From: Azolla caroliniana
Lineage: Eukaryota > Plantae > Polypodiophyta
Assembly: GCA_043228905.1 (NCBI GenBank)
Contig: JBHGNT010000015.1
Span: 17,546,001 to 17,610,000, forward strand
DNA: 64,000 nt
Direction of reading: 5' to 3'
Part shown: positions 60,336-64,000 of the stretch, piece after piece
How the letters are laid out: every line of letters starts with the position of its first letter
Position numbering within the stretch: position 1 is the first letter of the stretch
Translations under genes and position numbers: made by a program
The notes under the pieces: model-generated
Told to the model about the DNA's origin: nothing
Database searches by the model: none
The model's input: the letters and a program-made list of their open reading frames with translations, nothing else

Positions 60336-60674
60336 TAGGGATAGGCAATGGCTCGGCTCAAGCCTAAACCGTTTGACTTAGCTGGCTTGAAAACGGCTTA
60401 GAGGCTCGGCTCGGCTCGGCTCGGCTTGGTTTAGGCTTGAACTTGCCTTAACGGTTTGATCTCGGCTCGGCTTGGCTTGAGCCTCGCCAAACCGGCTCAA
60501 CCGTTTAAGCCGTTTATAAACTTTAGAGAGAGGGGGAGAGAGACAACAGACAAGGGGAAAGAGAGAGAGAGAGAGCGAGCGAGGGAGACTAAACAGACGA
60601 TGGGAGAGAGAGAGTGAGGGAGGGAGACCTACACAGACGAGGAGAGAGAGACAGAGGGAGGGAGACAACATATA

Positions 60675-60716
<42 letters not shown>

Positions 60717-61079
60717 ACAGAGACGAGGAGAGAGAGAGAGAGGGAGGGAGACAACATATAAGGAGAGAGAGAGAGAGAGACTACACAGAGGGGAGAGAGA
60801 GAGAGAGGAGAGAGAGGAACTACATAGTCGAGACCACAGACGTGAGAGAGAGTGGGAGAGCTTGTAGAATGTATACTATAGTATATAGTATATAGTATAT
60901 AGTGGATCATCTGAGAGAGAGAGAGAGAGAGAGAGGGAGGTTTCTAAACCGGTTTAGCCTAAACCGGTTTGTGAACCGGTTTCGGCTTAGGTTTGAGATC
61001 CCGTAAACGGTTTAGGCTTAGCCGGTTTGAGATCCAAGCCAAACCGGCTAAGCCTAAACCGAACCGTTGCCGATCCCTA
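60336..61079. mobile_element. hAT-type MITE
   Basis: TIRs TAGGGAT(A/C)GGCAA(T/C)GG; 8-bp TSD CTTGGCTG (60328-60335, 61080-61087); subterminal AAACCG/GGCTC repeats; (GA)n core. Confidence 0.92.
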
Positions 61080-64000
61080 CTTGGCTGCATCCTTGCTGAC
61101 TGTGGGCCACCATAAATCAGTCTGCCATATTTTCCAGAAAAATGACCTCCCGATATGCCTTGATGGGCCTCCAATATGTAGTTCATTTGCTCAGAGTGTT
61201 GGAAGCAACGACAGAACATTCCATCCGTAACCAGCTGATATAGTGCGTCACCCATTACTCAGTTCAGCAATGCTAATCTTTTCTTTTGATCTTTACTCAG
61301 TTCAGCACAGAATGTGTTCATGGCACAAAACCGCACCATGTCAGCTAACCATTCATTGGGATTTGTTACGCACCTGTGGGATTTCGATGCATACTTTGAA
61401 TAGCATCTAGAAAGTCACCTACGACCCTGATTGGAGGTTAGCCATCTTCGATTCTGCCTAAATAATCAGCTACGGCGTGCTGGGGGCCAGGAGTGTGCAC
61501 TATGTCAGAGACAGATTCTTGGAGCAATAGCATCCATCGTGCTAGTCTCCCCGTCACTGATTGTTTCTTTACTAGGTAAAGTAGTGCCAAATGATCAACA
61601 TGAAAGGTGAACTTATTACCCAGTAAATAATGACGAACCTTCTACATCGAACAGATCATGCTAAGCAAGTGCTTCCCTTTTCGTGGTGTTGTAGTTACGT
61701 TCTGCTTTGGAAAGATGGCAGCTAGCGTAGTAAAGTGGGTGAAACTACCTCAGTCCATGTTCCTGCATGTGAATACTCCCGATGGCAATGTCTAATGCAT
61801 CAACAAAAATGTGAAAAGGTTTGGTCCAATTGGGAGGTTGTACTACTGGTGCTTTTGCCCAGATGATCTTAAGCTTGCGATATGCCAGGTCTTCAACTTT
61901 CGTCCAACTAAAGAGAGTGGCATGTACCGCAGCGTGCAATAGAGTAGCTAAATCCACAAGAAAGCATAACACCCGACTATGCCAAAGATTCTGTCTGAGG
62001 AACCTCATGAGTTCCTTTGTGTTTCTTGGGGCTTTCGCATCCATGATAGCTTGGACTTTGCTTGGGTTGATTGCGATACCTTCTTTGGAAACGACATACC
62101 CGAGTAGCATGCCGCTCTGTACTGCGAATGCGCATTTGGCCGGATTAAGGCTCAACCTTGTCGTGTGACACTTCTGTAAGCATTTTGTCAAATATTCGAT
62201 GTGTTCAAGGTGTGTGCTGAAGAGCACGAAGTCATCCAAGAACACTTGCATGAAATTCAGTATGAAGTTCTCAATGATTTCCATTACCATCCTTTGGAAA
62301 GTGGCTAGCGCGTTCTTCAATTCGAACATTCATGACAACTGCCACAAAACCCCCCCATTTTGTTACAAAAGCTGTCTTCTCTTGGTTCTCTGCCATCCTT
62401 ACTTGGTTGTAGCCGTCCCGCCACTGTATCCAAGATCATATCTGTGAAGGGTAATGGGAATGGATCACTGATTGTGGCTGCGTTGAGCCTGCGATAGTCC
62501 ACTCATATACGGAGTTTGCCATTTTTCTTTGGTACTACAATGATCATGGATAGCCAGGTAGCTTTGTCGATTGGTTTAATGAATCCCACTTTCAAATGTT
62601 TGTCGATTTCCTCTTTTATCTGCAGTGCATAGTTTGAGTTATCCTATATCATTGTTGTTTAACTGGCTTGGCATCTTCTTGGAGTTGGATGTGATGCTGG
62701 TAGAACTTTGGATCGATGCCCTTCATCTCATCGTAGCTCCAAGCAAATACATCCTTGTATTCTTGTAAGATTGCAGTCAGTTTCTCTTTGAATGCCACGG
62801 GTAATCCGGTACCAATTTTCATGATCTTGGGATCATCTGTTGTGCTCAAGATCAGATCCTCTAGGTCACCTTCCTGAGTGTTTAAGTTCCTTTTGGAAGT
62901 TGTCTTCGGCGCAGACAACCTCCTGAATGCTATCTGGGAGTGGATTGGACTTATAGTGTTCAGCCAGCCGCAAAATGTCCATTTCGAACAGGTTTACCAA
63001 GTTTGGGATTGAATTGAGAATGTCCTCCGCTTCATCATCCTCCAGACCGGAAGATGTGCAATCCTTCCGTGACTTGTGGCCTATGCTGCCTAGAGAGTTG
63101 GGTGCGATTAACTGGAATCTGGATCTTTTTAGTCCTTTGCCGAATTTTTAGATATGGCTGATCCCACTTTTGTTCTAATTTGACCTTCTTCATCCAAGGA
63201 TGAGTTCACATCATCCATGTGGACAACCAGTAAGGCGATGTTGATGAACACTCCACCGATGTATATTGGAACACATGGTAACATGCCGAGGGGGCGAACT
63301 AGTCTCTGGTCTGCCATACAGAGTAGTGGTGCGGGTTCCCAGCCAGATAACCCAAGTTTCTTGCATAAGTGCTCCATAATGATATTCACGCCTCAGCCGA
63401 TATCGGCCACAATACTGCTCACCAACTGTCCCTTGATATGAGCATCTATCTGTATGGTTTCGTCATCGTAACCTTCAGCGAGGTATCCGGATCTTGGTCA
63501 CTGGTGGAGACTGTCAAGCTTTGTGCTCTTTTGCTGTCGTTAGTGGAATAGAGGTACTAGGGCTACCAGCTCGTCCACACGAAATGTAATTTTCTTTTTT
63601 CATAATGCCTCCCATATGTTTGTTTCTCCAGTTGGACTTTTGGGTTCATGTGTGAGGGCTGGGGCGGTATGTTCAGGGGTTACCGTTTTATTGGTGATAT
63701 TCTCTTGCAATAGCAACCCTCTTACTTCCTCATGGACGTTCTTCTCTACTTCCCATTCATTGTGCTTGGTTTGACTATGGGTGGCGACAAACACCTCTAC
63801 AGTATCTTCACCTTCCATTAATTTGACTTGGACCATGTTTACTGCTGGTTGTGTGCTTTTTCCCTTCTCCTTCAGAATTTCTGCTCGGTATGGGCAATTG
63901 GTTTTCTTATGGCCTTTTTCGTCGCAAATGAAGCAGCGCTTATCCCCACCATCTTTGTAGTCTCTCCATGGCTTGCCGTCTGAATTTCCTCTTTGTTTGT

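Larger units (their letters stand above)
58363..64000 (-). mobile_element. Decayed non-chromovirus Gypsy (Tat/Athila-like pol motifs) inside a SEC3 intron; runs off window end
   Basis: 3' LTR 58363-58734 with TGATAACA/TGTTATCA termini; PPT A4G12A; INT 59383-61255; RH/RT 61400-62918 (YKDVFAWSYDEMKGIDP, VFLDD); PR ~63400; knuckle CFICDEKGHKKTNC ~63900-63940. Confidence 0.85.

Noticed and set aside
60378-60910. ORFs rich in SL/RE dipeptides
   Set aside because: Translations of (GA)n microsatellite inside the MITE; the same applies to 14800-15170.

Overview
Eukaryotic plant genomic DNA, probably from a non-seed plant judging by its Tcn1-like and Phygy-like retrotransposons (inference). Positions ~1-55.9 kb are a deeply nested LTR-retrotransposon cluster, resolved here by eye from LTR ends, PBS/PPT and target-site duplications (TSDs). 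It holds three related Copia elements, three Tork/Tnt1-like Copia derivatives, two Tcn1-like chromoviruses, a tRNA-Trp-primed non-chromovirus Gypsy (Phygy-like) with gag-only or non-coding relatives and solo LTRs, and a Gypsy 3' remnant carrying an extra ORF. From 56.96 kb lie the last six coding exons of a host exocyst SEC3 gene (minus strand). Its upstream intron carries a Gypsy element, which in turn contains a hAT MITE. Most notable: (1) three unrelated LTR families each carry a tRNA-like Pol III A/B-box module with canonical 45-46 nt spacing, always antisense and upstream of the LTR TATA box; (2) the Trp-primed family makes 4-bp TSDs centred on CG (five two-sided sites, one with a mismatch, plus one one-sided flank); (3) the Tcn1-like elements show a Tf1-style self-priming PBS and a -1 frameshift signal; (4) three Copia elements have a duplicated PPT flanking a pol tail; (5) two related elements are fused head-to-head into a ~15 kb inverted structure. 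All coordinates and identities were read manually; no searches were run.
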